DNA from: a bacterium
GTDB taxonomy: Bacteria > UBA10199 > 2-02-FULL-50-16 > JAJFLM01
Assembly: GCA_965216315.1 (NCBI GenBank)
Contig: CBDCFN010000016.1
Location: 96,001-160,000, forward strand
Direction of reading: 5' to 3'
DNA: 64,000 nucleotides
Shown: positions 31,720 through 41,667 of the stretch, piece by piece
Layout: the number at the start of each line of letters is the position of its first letter
How positions within the stretch are numbered: position 1 is the first letter of the stretch
Notes under the pieces: generated by a model
What the model saw: the letters and a program-made list of their open reading frames with translations, nothing else
The model's database searches: none
What the model was told of the DNA's origin: nothing
Translations under genes and position numbers: made by a program

Positions 31720-32627
31720 TGCTGATACGCAATATACTAGAACAAGTGGGCAATACCCCACTCGTGCGGATACGTAAGGCGGGCAATGATATCCCGCAAG
31801 TGGCTTCGGGAGATGTCGAGATCTACGCCAAGCTCGAGTATTTCAATCCCGGCGGGTCGGTCAAGGACCGCGCGGCCAAACGCATGGTTGAAGAAGCACT
31901 TCGGAGTGGCGACCTGAAGCCGGGTAAAACATTGATTGATTCAACCTCCGGTAATACGGGGATTGCCTATGCGATGATCGGGGCCGCGTTGAAGTATCCG
32001 GTCGAGCTCGTCATGCCGGGCAATGTGAGTATTCAACGCAAGCAGATCATTGAAAATTTTGGGACCAAGATCATTTATTCGTCGCCGATGGATGGATCGG
32101 ATGGGGCGATCGTGATGGCGAAAGAGATTTACGAGGCGAATCGGGAGAAATATTTTATGCCGGACCAGTATAACAATGATCTGAATCCGCAAGCGCACGC
32201 GGACACGACGGCGCCGGAGATTTGGGAACAGACGAATCAGCGCATCACTCATTTTGCGGCGACCTTAGGGACGAGTGGAACGTGCATGGGGACGAGTCGG
32301 GGGCTTAAAAAGTTGAACGCGGACATCGAATGTTACGCGCTGATGCCCGATGCGTCCCTGCACGGTTTGGAAGGATTGAAGCACATGCCGAGCTCGATTG
32401 TTCCCGGAATCTATCAACCCGAGACGATTGACGGGGTGATCGAGATTGAAACGGAAGCGAGCTATACATGCACGGAACGCCTGGCGGCAGACGAGGGACT
32501 TGCCGTCGGTCATTCCTCAGGCGGGGCGTTGTTAGGCGCGTTGGAGCTCGCCAAAAAAATTGATAAGGGCGTCATCGTGACGGTGTTCCCGGATCATGGA
32601 GATAGGTATTTTGCAGAACATTTTTAG
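31719..32627 (+). CDS. cysM: Cysteine synthase (CysM type)
   Basis: NPGGSVKDR, STSGNTG, DQYNN, GTSGT, EGLK, PDHGDRY. Confidence 0.85.
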   Translation: MLIRNILEQVGNTPLVRIRKAGNDIPQVASGDVEIYAKLEYFNPGGSVKDRAAKRMVEEALRSGDLKPGKTLIDSTSGNTGIAYAMIGAALKYPVELVMPGNVSIQRKQIIENFGTKIIYSSPMDGSDGAIVMAKEIYEANREKYFMPDQYNNDLNPQAHADTTAPEIWEQTNQRITHFAATLGTSGTCMGTSRGLKKLNADIECYALMPDASLHGLEGLKHMPSSIVPGIYQPETIDGVIEIETEASYTCTERLAADEGLAVGHSSGGALLGALELAKKIDKGVIVTVFPDHGDRYFAEHF

Positions 32628-32640
32628 GAAATTTGACATG

Positions 32641-32722
32641 TGGGCGGGTCCTGCCCCGTCGAAGTCCTTTTGTCAGGTCGTGGGAGCCCTGACAATAAGG
32701 ACTCCTCGGGTCACCCGCCGCA
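32641..32722. repeat. 82-bp structured repeat, copy 1
   Basis: Identical to 33199-33280; nested inverted repeats. Confidence 0.9.
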
Positions 32723-32735
32723 AGTAGTAATAGTG

Positions 32736-33197
32736 ATGATCAAAATAGACGACAAAGTTTGGGAGCAGATGGTGCAGCAGGCAGTTGACGGCGTGCCGAG
32801 TGAGGTCTGTGGGATACTCGCCGGACCGAAGGGCGAGCGCGTCGGGACCGTCTATCATCCCTGCCGCAATATTTACGATGAGATGCACTCGAAGGATCCG
32901 GAGACCTATCCGCGGACCTCGGCGACCGCTTATTTGATCGACGGGAAGGAACAACAAGGGATCTTTGATCAAGTGAGCTCTGATGGGTTGGAGGTCAAGT
33001 CCATCGTGCATTCACACGTCGAGCACGACGCTTATTTTTCTAAGGAGGACCGTTACGTCGCGGCCCCCTGGGGCGAGCCGTTTTATCCGGAGATTTCTTA
33101 TATCGTGATTTCCGTCTGGGACGGAAAGTTTAAGGAAGCGAATGAGTTTCGCTGGGACACGGAGACCAGCGACTTCATCGAGTGCAAATTAAAGTAA
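32736..33197 (+). CDS. JAMM/MPN (Mec/HcyD-like) metallopeptidase
   Basis: EVCG and HSHxxxxxxxSxxD JAMM motif; start at ATG 32736. Confidence 0.88.
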   Translation: MIKIDDKVWEQMVQQAVDGVPSEVCGILAGPKGERVGTVYHPCRNIYDEMHSKDPETYPRTSATAYLIDGKEQQGIFDQVSSDGLEVKSIVHSHVEHDAYFSKEDRYVAAPWGEPFYPEISYIVISVWDGKFKEANEFRWDTETSDFIECKLK

Positions 33198-33198
33198 C

Positions 33199-33280
33199 TG
33201 GGCGGGTCCTGCCCCGTCGAAGTCCTTTTGTCAGGTCGTGGGAGCCCTGACAATAAGGACTCCTCGGGTCACCCGCCGCA
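33199..33280. repeat. 82-bp structured repeat, copy 2
   Basis: Identical to 32641-32722. Confidence 0.9.
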
Positions 33281-33334
33281 CGTAATCACATTGAGTAGGG
33301 GCGCTGCTTGCTGCGCCCGATAAAGGAGAAAACA

Positions 33335-33619
33335 ATGGCAGTCAAAGTAAGAATCCCCACGCCACTACAAAAATTAACCAACAACCAACCCGAGGTCGAT
33401 GCCGCGGGTGGCAGCGTTAAGGATGTATTGGCCGATCTTGAAAAGCAATTTCCGGGCATCAAGGAACGTCTTTATGATGAGCAAGGCAATCTGCGTCGGT
33501 TCATTAATTTTTACGTGAACAACGAAGATATCCGCTTTTTAGAAGGCGAAAACACGGCCATCAAAGAAGGCGATGAAGTCTCGGTCGTGCCGGCGATTGC
33601 AGGAGGCCGCGACGTTTGA
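33335..33619 (+). CDS. MoaD/ThiS/CysO ubiquitin-like sulfur carrier with C-terminal extension
   Basis: [37 protein letters not shown]. Confidence 0.9.
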   Translation: MAVKVRIPTPLQKLTNNQPEVDAAGGSVKDVLADLEKQFPGIKERLYDEQGNLRRFINFYVNNEDIRFLEGENTAIKEGDEVSVVPAIAGGRDV

Positions 33620-34794
33620 ACGGAGATAATCCCGGACAGATCAAGCTCGACCTGTTGTACCGCGGGTTGAAGCTTGGTGAATGTGTTGAAGTGCCTGAGG
33701 ATCCATCCGGCGCCGCTATCTTGATGCTGCCCGAAGATCTCTTGGTCAACGTGACTTTTCAGGCGCCTTACGCACAGAAGTCCCCGTATACCTTGCACAG
33801 TGACGGGGGTGTTTGGTCGCTCAAGAAAGACGGTGACACCATTCCGGTCGATGTGCTGCAGCCGTTGAAGGCGTATGAACAGACGACGTCATCCGGCATC
33901 CCGGTTTCCGATATACTCTGTGTGCATGGCGGCTTTGTGGCGGTCGAGCCGATGGGCGTGTGCCGTTTCACGAAGTCCGGTCTGGAGTGCAAGTACTGCC
34001 GGCATAAAGGCCCGCGCGTCAAGACGGCCTTTTCCGCGCGGGATCTGATTGAGGCGCTTGAAATAATCCGTAAAGAAGTTGCGATTGATATCGTTCATCT
34101 TTCTTCAGGATTCGTGGAGAGCGAAGACGGCGGAATCTTGGCATTGGATCCCTTTGTCCGGGAAATTCGCAACCACTTTAACGTCTTTATCAGTCTCGAT
34201 GTGATGCCTCCGGCGCACAATGACTGGATCGATCGCACTTATGCGATGGGGGTTGACGCGGTATATTACGATATCGATGTCTTCGATCCGGATCTGTTTA
34301 AGGGTTTTTATCCGGAGAAAGAAGAGACGATACGTTTTCAGCGCTATTTGGAGGCGTTGGAGTTCGCGGCGCATACCTTTCCCAGCGGCGCGGTCTGCAC
34401 GCATCTGGTGATGGGCTTAGAGCCACTGGAGTCCACGTTGCGCGGGATTAAAACGCTGACCAAGATGGGTGTCTTGCCGGTGTTGACGTTTTTTAGACCC
34501 TTGCCGGATTCGGACCTTAATAAAAGGTGGAAGCTGCAAGAGTCGGATGTCGCCCCTTTGTATAGTGATCTGTATAAACAGGTCGTTAAGCATAAGATCA
34601 ATCCGACCTGGATCCGCCAATATGACGTCCTGCTCACGCCACTCGAAGGGCGCTTTTTTGCCGGTGGTAAACAGAAGTCCTGGCGGGTGATGCAACAGAA
34701 TTTTTATAAAACCGCGATCGGGCGCAAGACACAGCTGGGCTTGGCTTCGATGCGACGTAATTTGCGAGTCAAAGAGATTAAGAAGGCGACATGA
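33616..34794 (+). CDS. Radical SAM protein with CX8CX2C motif
   Basis: [25 protein letters not shown] start overlapping the carrier stop. Confidence 0.75.
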   Translation: MNGDNPGQIKLDLLYRGLKLGECVEVPEDPSGAAILMLPEDLLVNVTFQAPYAQKSPYTLHSDGGVWSLKKDGDTIPVDVLQPLKAYEQTTSSGIPVSDILCVHGGFVAVEPMGVCRFTKSGLECKYCRHKGPRVKTAFSARDLIEALEIIRKEVAIDIVHLSSGFVESEDGGILALDPFVREIRNHFNVFISLDVMPPAHNDWIDRTYAMGVDAVYYDIDVFDPDLFKGFYPEKEETIRFQRYLEALEFAAHTFPSGAVCTHLVMGLEPLESTLRGIKTLTKMGVLPVLTFFRPLPDSDLNKRWKLQESDVAPLYSDLYKQVVKHKINPTWIRQYDVLLTPLEGRFFAGGKQKSWRVMQQNFYKTAIGRKTQLGLASMRRNLRVKEIKKAT

Positions 34795-36233
34795 ATCCGG
34801 AACCAAATGTCATTATCGATCGGCGACCCCTTTGGATCGTGATGCTCACCCGTGGGTATCGCTATTTGTTGATGGGGGCCCTCGCGATTTTTGCGATCCA
34901 AATGAGTTTATCTGCGCCGCCGGCAGGACTGACCCTCGAAGCGTGGCGCGTCATCATCCTCTTTGTGATGTGCATTGTCCTCTGGATCTTTCAACTAATT
35001 CCCTTGGCGATGACCGGCCTGTTAGCGATTGCCGCACAGCCTTTGATGGGCATTGCGACCTATAAAGAGGCCTATTCGTCCTTCGGTCATCCGACGGTGT
35101 TCTTTCTGTTGGGCGTGTTTATCTTGGCCGGTGCCTTTATGAAGACAGGCCTGTCGACGCGGCTGGCGATTTGGATGCTGCGCGGGGCGGGGCGCAATCC
35201 GCGCCGGATGATCTTACAGATCATGGGGACCTGCACGCTGATGAGTTTTATCATGAGCGAGCATGCGGTCGCGGCGATGATGTTTCCCATTATCCTCGAG
35301 TTTGCCCGGGCGCTCGCCTTCGTGCCTTATGGCGGGAGTTATGGGCGTTTGCTCTTTTTGTCGATGGCCTGGGGCTGTGTCATCGGCGGGATCGGGACGT
35401 TGCTGGGTGGAGGACGGGCCCCGTTGGCGATTGGTTTTCTGGAAGAGTTTACCGGTGACTCGATCGCCTTTTTGGAATGGATGGTCATGATGGTTCCCGT
35501 CGTCGTGATCATGTTTGTCGTTGGCTATGTGATGTTGGTGCGGCTCTTTCCCGTTGATGTCGATACGGTTGAATCGATTGAGGTAGAATTGCAAAAAAAG
35601 AAGGAAGCCCTTGGTCGGATCAAACCCGCGCAACAAATTGTCGCCTTGATTTTTGCGGCGGCGGTATTGGGTTGGATGCTGCTCGGTCACCAAGTGGGCA
35701 TGGCGACGGTTGCGATGTTGGCCGTGATGGGCCTGTTTGTCTTTAATGTCGTGCGCTGGGTGGACCTGGAAGCCTACGTCAATTGGGGGGTGATTCTCCT
35801 GTATGGGGGAGCCATTGGTCTCGGGGCAGCGCTCCACCGCACCGGTGCCGGTGAATGGCTGGTGCAGCAGTATGTCCTGCCGCATGTCGGCAGTCCGTTT
35901 GCCTTGGTCCTGGTCTTTGCGGTGACGGCCGTCTTGATGACGGAGGCGATCAGTAATTCGGCGGTGGTGGCGGTATTGATCCCGATTGCCCTCTCCGTGG
36001 CCGGAAAATACGGCATTGACCCCAAAGGGATGATTTTCCTCATTGCGGGCGGGTCGGGTTTGGCCTATTTGCTCCCGATGTCGACGCCGGCGATTGCGAT
36101 TGCCTATTCCTCGGGATACTACAATTTAAGGGCAATTGCCGTGCCGGCAGTCCTATTGCATATCGTGTCGATCGCCGTTATGTTGCTGGCCGCCTGGCTC
36201 TGGTGGCCCTTGTTTGGGGTCAGGGTATTTTGA
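34791..36233 (+). CDS. SLC13/DASS anion (probably sulfate) transporter
   Basis: Many TM helices; MSEHA, TEAISNSA, PMSTPA motifs. Confidence 0.85.
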   Translation: MNPEPNVIIDRRPLWIVMLTRGYRYLLMGALAIFAIQMSLSAPPAGLTLEAWRVIILFVMCIVLWIFQLIPLAMTGLLAIAAQPLMGIATYKEAYSSFGHPTVFFLLGVFILAGAFMKTGLSTRLAIWMLRGAGRNPRRMILQIMGTCTLMSFIMSEHAVAAMMFPIILEFARALAFVPYGGSYGRLLFLSMAWGCVIGGIGTLLGGGRAPLAIGFLEEFTGDSIAFLEWMVMMVPVVVIMFVVGYVMLVRLFPVDVDTVESIEVELQKKKEALGRIKPAQQIVALIFAAAVLGWMLLGHQVGMATVAMLAVMGLFVFNVVRWVDLEAYVNWGVILLYGGAIGLGAALHRTGAGEWLVQQYVLPHVGSPFALVLVFAVTAVLMTEAISNSAVVAVLIPIALSVAGKYGIDPKGMIFLIAGGSGLAYLLPMSTPAIAIAYSSGYYNLRAIAVPAVLLHIVSIAVMLLAAWLWWPLFGVRVF

Positions 36234-36315
36234 TTCCCTCTCCTTGCGAAGGAGAGGGCTAGGGAGAGGTCTTTAAGTGACCTCCCCTCAATCCCCTCCT
36301 TACTAAGGAGGGGAA
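36234..36315. repeat. Intergenic double-hairpin element (same family as comEC insertions)
   Basis: CCCTCTCCTT..AAGGAGAGGG and CCCCTCCTT..AAGGAGGGG. Confidence 0.75.
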
Positions 36316-36324
36316 GTTGAGGTT

Positions 36325-36792
36325 ATGAAGAACACGTTATTAGTACTATCGACTGCCGCTCAATCGCCGAAGGCGACCGACGTGGCTTTGAACATCGCCA
36401 AAGAACAGGGTGGTACGCTGATCGTTCTCTTCGTGGCGGATGTCGATATGACGGCGACGATCTTCGATCGCCTCGAAGGGACGACGATGATCGGTGAGAG
36501 TCAGGGCCAAGCGGTGCAGTGTGCCTTGCTGGAAGAGTATAAGCGGCAAGGGGAACAGCAGTTGGCGATGATCAAGAAACGCGCCGAGGAGCAAGGTATC
36601 CCGACCGAAACAATTTTTAAAATGGGTGGCTTTGCCGATGAATGTATCGCCGCGATTCGCGGCAATGAGATTGAGACGACGGTGTTGACGCGTACGCGTC
36701 GCTCCCAGCTCTCGCGCTTCATTTTCGGCTCCCCGATTAAAAAAATACAGGACAACGTCGACTGTCAGTTTGAGATTGTTGATTTGGATTAA
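36325..36792 (+). CDS. Universal stress protein
   Basis: USP pattern; C-terminal RFIFGS. Confidence 0.75.
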   Translation: MKNTLLVLSTAAQSPKATDVALNIAKEQGGTLIVLFVADVDMTATIFDRLEGTTMIGESQGQAVQCALLEEYKRQGEQQLAMIKKRAEEQGIPTETIFKMGGFADECIAAIRGNEIETTVLTRTRRSQLSRFIFGSPIKKIQDNVDCQFEIVDLD

Positions 36793-36812
36793 TAATTTAG
36801 GAAGGAAATACA

Positions 36813-37970
36813 ATGACACAGATAGCAGCCCACGGCGGCACTTTAGTAAACCGCATCATTGAAGGGGAAGAGCGCGACAAGCTCTTGAGTGCTGCGGCCT
36901 CGATGCCGGCAAAAGTTTTAAACGAACGTGAGATGAGTGATCTCGATATGATCGCCGCGGGCGGATTGTCTCCGCTGGAAGGCTTCATGACCCAGTTGGA
37001 GTATGACAGCTGTGTCGATCGCATACGTCTTCCCAATGGATGCGCATGGTCGATCCCCATCGTCCTGTCGGCGACGGAAGAAGAAGCGGAAGCGTATCAG
37101 GAAGGATCCGATATCCGCTTGGATGATGCGGCGGGCAATCCGTTGGCGATTCTGCATCTCGAAGAAAAGTACGCGGTCGATAAGGACAAAGAGGCGCAGA
37201 ATGTCTACCGCACCACCGATACCGCGCATCCGGGAGTCGCGGTTATCAAGGAGATGGGCAATATCTACCTCGGTGGCAAGATCTCGATGCTCAATCGGGT
37301 CGTCTACGAAGACTTTCCGAAATACCGGCTCGATCCCGCGCAGACGCGCGAAGCCTTCAAAAAGCGTAAATGGAATACCGTCGTTGGGTTTCAGACCCGT
37401 AACCCGATTCACCGGGCGCATGAATTTATTACCAAATGCGCCTTGGAAGCGGTGGACGGTTTGTTGATCCACCCGCTCGTCGGAGCGACTAAGCAGGGCG
37501 ATATCCCGGCGGATGTCCGGATGAAGTGTTACGAGGTCTTGATGGAAAATTACTATTCCCAAGATCACGTCATGCTTTCAGTGTTGCCGGCGGCGATGCG
37601 TTATGCCGGTCCACGGGAGGCGATTCATCACGCGATCATGCGTCAGAACTACGGCCTGACGCATTTTATCGTCGGACGAGACCATGCCGGTGTCGGCGAT
37701 TATTACGGGACCTATGATGCCCAGCATATTTTCCGTGAGTTCAGTCGCGATGAGTTGGCGATCGAGCCGCTGTGCTTCGAGCACTCCTTCTTCTGCAAGA
37801 AGAACGGCGAGATGGCGACCAACAAGACCTCTAACTCCGGCAAGGAAGAACGCTTCTTCTTGTCGGGAACCAAGGTTCGCGACATGCTCGCCAAGGGCGA
37901 ACGCCCCCCGGCGGAGTTTACCCGGCCGGAAGTCGCCGACATCCTCGTCGAAGCGATGAAAGAATCCTAA
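36813..37970 (+). CDS. sat: Sulfate adenylyltransferase
   Basis: FQTRNPIHRAHE, MRYAGPREA, VGRDHAGVG, SGTKVR. Confidence 0.95.
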   Translation: MTQIAAHGGTLVNRIIEGEERDKLLSAAASMPAKVLNEREMSDLDMIAAGGLSPLEGFMTQLEYDSCVDRIRLPNGCAWSIPIVLSATEEEAEAYQEGSDIRLDDAAGNPLAILHLEEKYAVDKDKEAQNVYRTTDTAHPGVAVIKEMGNIYLGGKISMLNRVVYEDFPKYRLDPAQTREAFKKRKWNTVVGFQTRNPIHRAHEFITKCALEAVDGLLIHPLVGATKQGDIPADVRMKCYEVLMENYYSQDHVMLSVLPAAMRYAGPREAIHHAIMRQNYGLTHFIVGRDHAGVGDYYGTYDAQHIFREFSRDELAIEPLCFEHSFFCKKNGEMATNKTSNSGKEERFFLSGTKVRDMLAKGERPPAEFTRPEVADILVEAMKES

Positions 37971-37977
37971 GTTCTGG

Positions 37978-38017
37978 CCCCGTGAGAGGGGTTTTTTACA
38001 CTCTCACGGGGTTTCTT
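37978..38017 (+). terminator. Intrinsic terminator ending the sulfur operon
   Basis: CCCCGTGAGAG..CTCTCACGGGG followed by TTTCTT. Confidence 0.75.
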
Positions 38018-38126
38018 GCCTATATATTGTGCACTGCGTCAAAAAGTTCGCAACTTTTTATCGAAGCGGACGAGCAAGGGCCGTTCCTCAAGAATTTGGA
38101 CAGTCATTTATTAATTTAGTGAAGGG

Positions 38127-38807
38127 GTGTGTATGCCGGGAAGTGTTTATTTCAGTGTGGCGCAGGGCCAATTATTTGGATTTATGTCCGCGATGAGTCG
38201 GGTGGATGCTGCGCGGATTCAGACGGATCCGTTTGCGCTGACTCAATTGGATGGCAGCACCTATGCGCTCATGAATCCGGATACGACCGTGGCCTTGGAT
38301 GTGTCCCACCTGGCGGCGGCAGCGTATCTGTTTCGTCTGGGTGAGACCGAGGCCCAGTTGATCCGGGCCCTGGATGTCGAGCCCGATGACCTCACGAGGC
38401 ATGAAAATGCGGAACACCCGCTAATAGATTTTTTCGCCGACCAAGATCTCGCCTGGAAACGTTTGACTGAGTTCGCGCCGATCGCGATCGACGACCTGGC
38501 GGCGATTCGCTTGGCACGTCAGGCGGCCGATCGCAAATTGAGTCGCTGGGCCCGCGTCGTTGCGGGAGACCTCCAAACGCCTTCTATTGATGACGCGACG
38601 GAACAGCTCAATAAGGCCCTGGCCGACTTGAGCTTTGAGTGGCTGTATCGAATCAATGTCGCGCAGTTTGCGTATACGTTTGTATCCGATGATCCGCGGA
38701 AGGCACTCCGGGCCTACTACGATGAGGGGGTTCGGATCGAACGTCGAGACATGGTATTACGCGAAATTGAAGAATCTCTGCGTATTCTCGTCGGAAATGA
38801 CGGGTAG
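38127..38807 (+). CDS. Hypothetical protein
   Basis: 226 aa ORF; start uncertain. Confidence 0.55.
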   Translation: MCMPGSVYFSVAQGQLFGFMSAMSRVDAARIQTDPFALTQLDGSTYALMNPDTTVALDVSHLAAAAYLFRLGETEAQLIRALDVEPDDLTRHENAEHPLIDFFADQDLAWKRLTEFAPIAIDDLAAIRLARQAADRKLSRWARVVAGDLQTPSIDDATEQLNKALADLSFEWLYRINVAQFAYTFVSDDPRKALRAYYDEGVRIERRDMVLREIEESLRILVGNDG

Positions 38808-38845
38808 TCGTTGATTCTCTAGGATCTCCCCTATAGAATGGATTC

Positions 38846-40234
38846 ATGTTTTCCAAAGAGAAGGCGGCAAACTACCTAGGAACGGCCTTAAGCCAGGGAG
38901 GCGATTGGGCGGATGTCTTTGCGGAAGAGACCGTCAAACACCATGGCCTGCTCTCCGATGCCTCGATCAAGACCGTCTCGCAAAACCAGCTTGCGGGTGC
39001 CGGCATTCGCGTCGTCAAAGATCAACAAGAATATTACGCCTACACCAATGATCTCAGTGATGCGGGCATGCTCAAGATTGCCCGTGAAGTTGCGGACTCG
39101 ATTGCGGCGGAAAAGAAAGATGTTAAGATTGCTCTCGAAGCCGAGAGCCATGAACCTCAACACGATCCCCAACATTTTCCCGACAAGGTGACCTGGCATC
39201 AGAAGATTGAGCTGTTGCGCCAGGCCGACGAGATCTGTCGCGCCCAATCCCCGCAAATCGTCCAGGTCAACGTCGACTATGTCGATGAAACCCAGCGCAT
39301 TCTCGTTGCGAATTCGGACGGCTTGTTCAAAGAAGACGCGCGCACGCGCGGACGCTTTGCAGTCACGGCAGTCGCCGGCGAAGGGGACAACAAACAATTC
39401 GGTTACGAGGCGCCCGGGGCGCATAAAGGTTTTGAATTTTTTGAGGCCCTGGACGTCAAGGACATCGCTCAAAAGGCCGCCGAGACGGCATTGAAAATGC
39501 TCAAGGCCGACTATGCGCCCCAAGGGGAGATGACGGTGATTATCGATTCCGGTTTTGGCGGCGTGATCTTTCACGAGGCCTGCGGGCACGCCTTGGAGGC
39601 GTCGGCGGTCGCGCGCAAGGCGACGGTGATGGCTGACAAGTTGGGACAACAAATCGCGGCGCCCTGTGTCTCGGCCGTCGATGACGGGACGCTCATCCAT
39701 GAATGGGGGTCCAGCAATATTGATGACGAGGGCATTGTGACGCGACGCAATCTGTTGATCGAAGACGGGGTGTTGCGGTCTTATCTCGTCGACCGCCTGA
39801 ACGGCGAACGCATCGGGCTCGAGTCGACGGGCAGTTCGCGGCGTCAGTCCTATCGATTTGCACCGACCTCGCGCATGAACAATACCTTTATCCTGCCGGG
39901 CAAGGAGCACTTGGCCGAGATGATTGCGAATACCGAGTATGGTTTGTATGCGAAGAAGATGGGGGGCGGATCCGTCAATCCGGCGACGGGTGAGTTTAAC
40001 TTTGCAGTGCAAGAAGGGTATCTGATTCGCAACGGTAAGTTGGCGGAGCCGGTGCGCGGGGCGGTGTTGATCGGCCGTGGTGAAGAGATCCTGATGAATA
40101 TCGATATGGTCGGGAAAGAAATGAAGATGGCACAGGGCATGTGCGGGGCCGCCTCGGGTTGGGTCCCGGTCAACGTCGGTCAACCTGCCATCCGCGTGCA
40201 GAACCTGCTCGTCGGGGGTCAGTCGAGTGGGTAA
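38846..40234 (+). CDS. tldD: TldD metalloprotease
   Basis: FHEACGHALE, DDEG, RMNNT, CG..GQP. Confidence 0.93.
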   Translation: MFSKEKAANYLGTALSQGGDWADVFAEETVKHHGLLSDASIKTVSQNQLAGAGIRVVKDQQEYYAYTNDLSDAGMLKIAREVADSIAAEKKDVKIALEAESHEPQHDPQHFPDKVTWHQKIELLRQADEICRAQSPQIVQVNVDYVDETQRILVANSDGLFKEDARTRGRFAVTAVAGEGDNKQFGYEAPGAHKGFEFFEALDVKDIAQKAAETALKMLKADYAPQGEMTVIIDSGFGGVIFHEACGHALEASAVARKATVMADKLGQQIAAPCVSAVDDGTLIHEWGSSNIDDEGIVTRRNLLIEDGVLRSYLVDRLNGERIGLESTGSSRRQSYRFAPTSRMNNTFILPGKEHLAEMIANTEYGLYAKKMGGGSVNPATGEFNFAVQEGYLIRNGKLAEPVRGAVLIGRGEEILMNIDMVGKEMKMAQGMCGAASGWVPVNVGQPAIRVQNLLVGGQSSG

Positions 40235-41570
40235 AATCTTAGATCTTTTCGATGCCGCCCTGAGCGAAAAATCCGGACCTGAAATCGAACACATTCTGTT
40301 AGCGGGACATACCAACAGCCAACGCGCGGTGTCCCTCTACGCAGGCAAGATCGATTCGGTCGAGATCGCGGATGAGATCAAGATCGGCGTGTGGCTGCGC
40401 ACCAAGGGCCGCTGGGGGTGTGCGACCTTGGAACAAGTCGAGGCCGAGGCGCTTGATCGCGCGATCCAGCAGGCCGTGCTCGCGGCGGAGTTTAGTGACC
40501 CGGATCCGGATTACAGTCTCGCGCCGCCGGAAGAGGTCGCGACCCATTACGAGCCGGATGCCGCGATTCTTGAATTGGGCATGGGGGATTTCGAGGAGAT
40601 TGCGCACCAGATGGAGCAGCAGGCGCAGGACACCTCGCCCTTGATCAAGAACATTCCGCGTATTGGGTGCGGCTCGTCGAGTCGCTCGCATGTGATTGCC
40701 AATTCCGAAGGGGTGCGCATCATCGAGCGGAACAATTTCTTGAAGGCCGGTCTCTCGGTCATGGCCTGCGGCCCGGACGAGCGCATGGTCAATTGTTATG
40801 AGATCAATTATTTTCCCGACCGTGCCTCGTTTGATCCGCAGGGAACGGTCGCGGAAGTCGCAGAGGAAGCGGTGGCACGCGTGGAACCGCGCGGCGTCAA
40901 GAACGGAACCTGGCCGGTGATCTTCGATGCGCGCACGGCGGCGCAATTGCTGAGTACGTTCTCGAGTTGTTTCAGTGGCGATGCCCTCTATCGCAAGTTG
41001 ACGCGACTTGAAGGCAAGTTGGGGCAACAGATTGCGAGTGAGATGGTGTCCGTTGCCCAAAAGAGTTTGATCGGTTTGGTGCGCCACGCCTATGACGCCG
41101 AGGGAACGCCTTGTCAGGATAAGTATCTTATCCACCAAGGGCGCTTTGAGACCTTCCTTAATAATAGATACACGGCCAAGCGGAATCAGATGGAGTCGAC
41201 GGGTAATGCCGACGGGGCGATCGGTGAGGCGCCGGGTGTCGCACCAACCAACTTCTACTGGGACGCGGACGGCGTACCGGTGACCAATCTCTATGAAGAG
41301 ATGGGGACAGGCATCCTTATTAAGGAGTTACACGGGGCCTCGGCCTCGCCGATTTCCGGGGACTTTTCTTATGGGGGGCTTGGGTATTGGGTCGAGAATG
41401 GGAAGATCGATCATCCTATTGCGGACTTTACCATCGCGGGCAACTTCTTTGACTTGCTCAAGAACATCATCGGGTTAGGGGATGACCTGCGGTTCGTCTC
41501 GCCGCATGCTTCCGGATCCTGTGGGGGGCGCTCCTTGTTCGTTAAGTCCTTGGCGGTTTCGGGGAAATAG
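40227..41570 (+). CDS. pmbA: PmbA/TldE protein
   Basis: DAEG, STGNA, SGDFS, TIAGN; overlaps tldD. Confidence 0.9.
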   Translation: MGKILDLFDAALSEKSGPEIEHILLAGHTNSQRAVSLYAGKIDSVEIADEIKIGVWLRTKGRWGCATLEQVEAEALDRAIQQAVLAAEFSDPDPDYSLAPPEEVATHYEPDAAILELGMGDFEEIAHQMEQQAQDTSPLIKNIPRIGCGSSSRSHVIANSEGVRIIERNNFLKAGLSVMACGPDERMVNCYEINYFPDRASFDPQGTVAEVAEEAVARVEPRGVKNGTWPVIFDARTAAQLLSTFSSCFSGDALYRKLTRLEGKLGQQIASEMVSVAQKSLIGLVRHAYDAEGTPCQDKYLIHQGRFETFLNNRYTAKRNQMESTGNADGAIGEAPGVAPTNFYWDADGVPVTNLYEEMGTGILIKELHGASASPISGDFSYGGLGYWVENGKIDHPIADFTIAGNFFDLLKNIIGLGDDLRFVSPHASGSCGGRSLFVKSLAVSGK

Positions 41571-41572
41571 GC

Positions 41573-41653
41573 GTCTCAAAATGAGACTCTTTTCAATTTA
41601 AACCATTCTATTTATTTGAATTTTAATGACATTTATTTGGCATCCGAATTGCT
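41573..41653 (+). promoter_or_regulatory. Sigma54 promoter with palindromic enhancer site
   Basis: GTCTCAAAATGAGAC at 41573; TTGGCATCCGAATTGCT at 41637. Confidence 0.65.
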
Positions 41654-41667
41654 AGTTATTAGCAATC

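Noticed and set aside
32641..33280. Possible CRISPR array
   Set aside because: Only two 82-bp units separated by a whole gene; no cas genes
38888..41138. Long antisense ORFs (475 and 279 aa) opposite tldD/pmbA
   Set aside because: Shadow frames of GC-biased genes; no motifs, and they fully overlap well-supported CDSs
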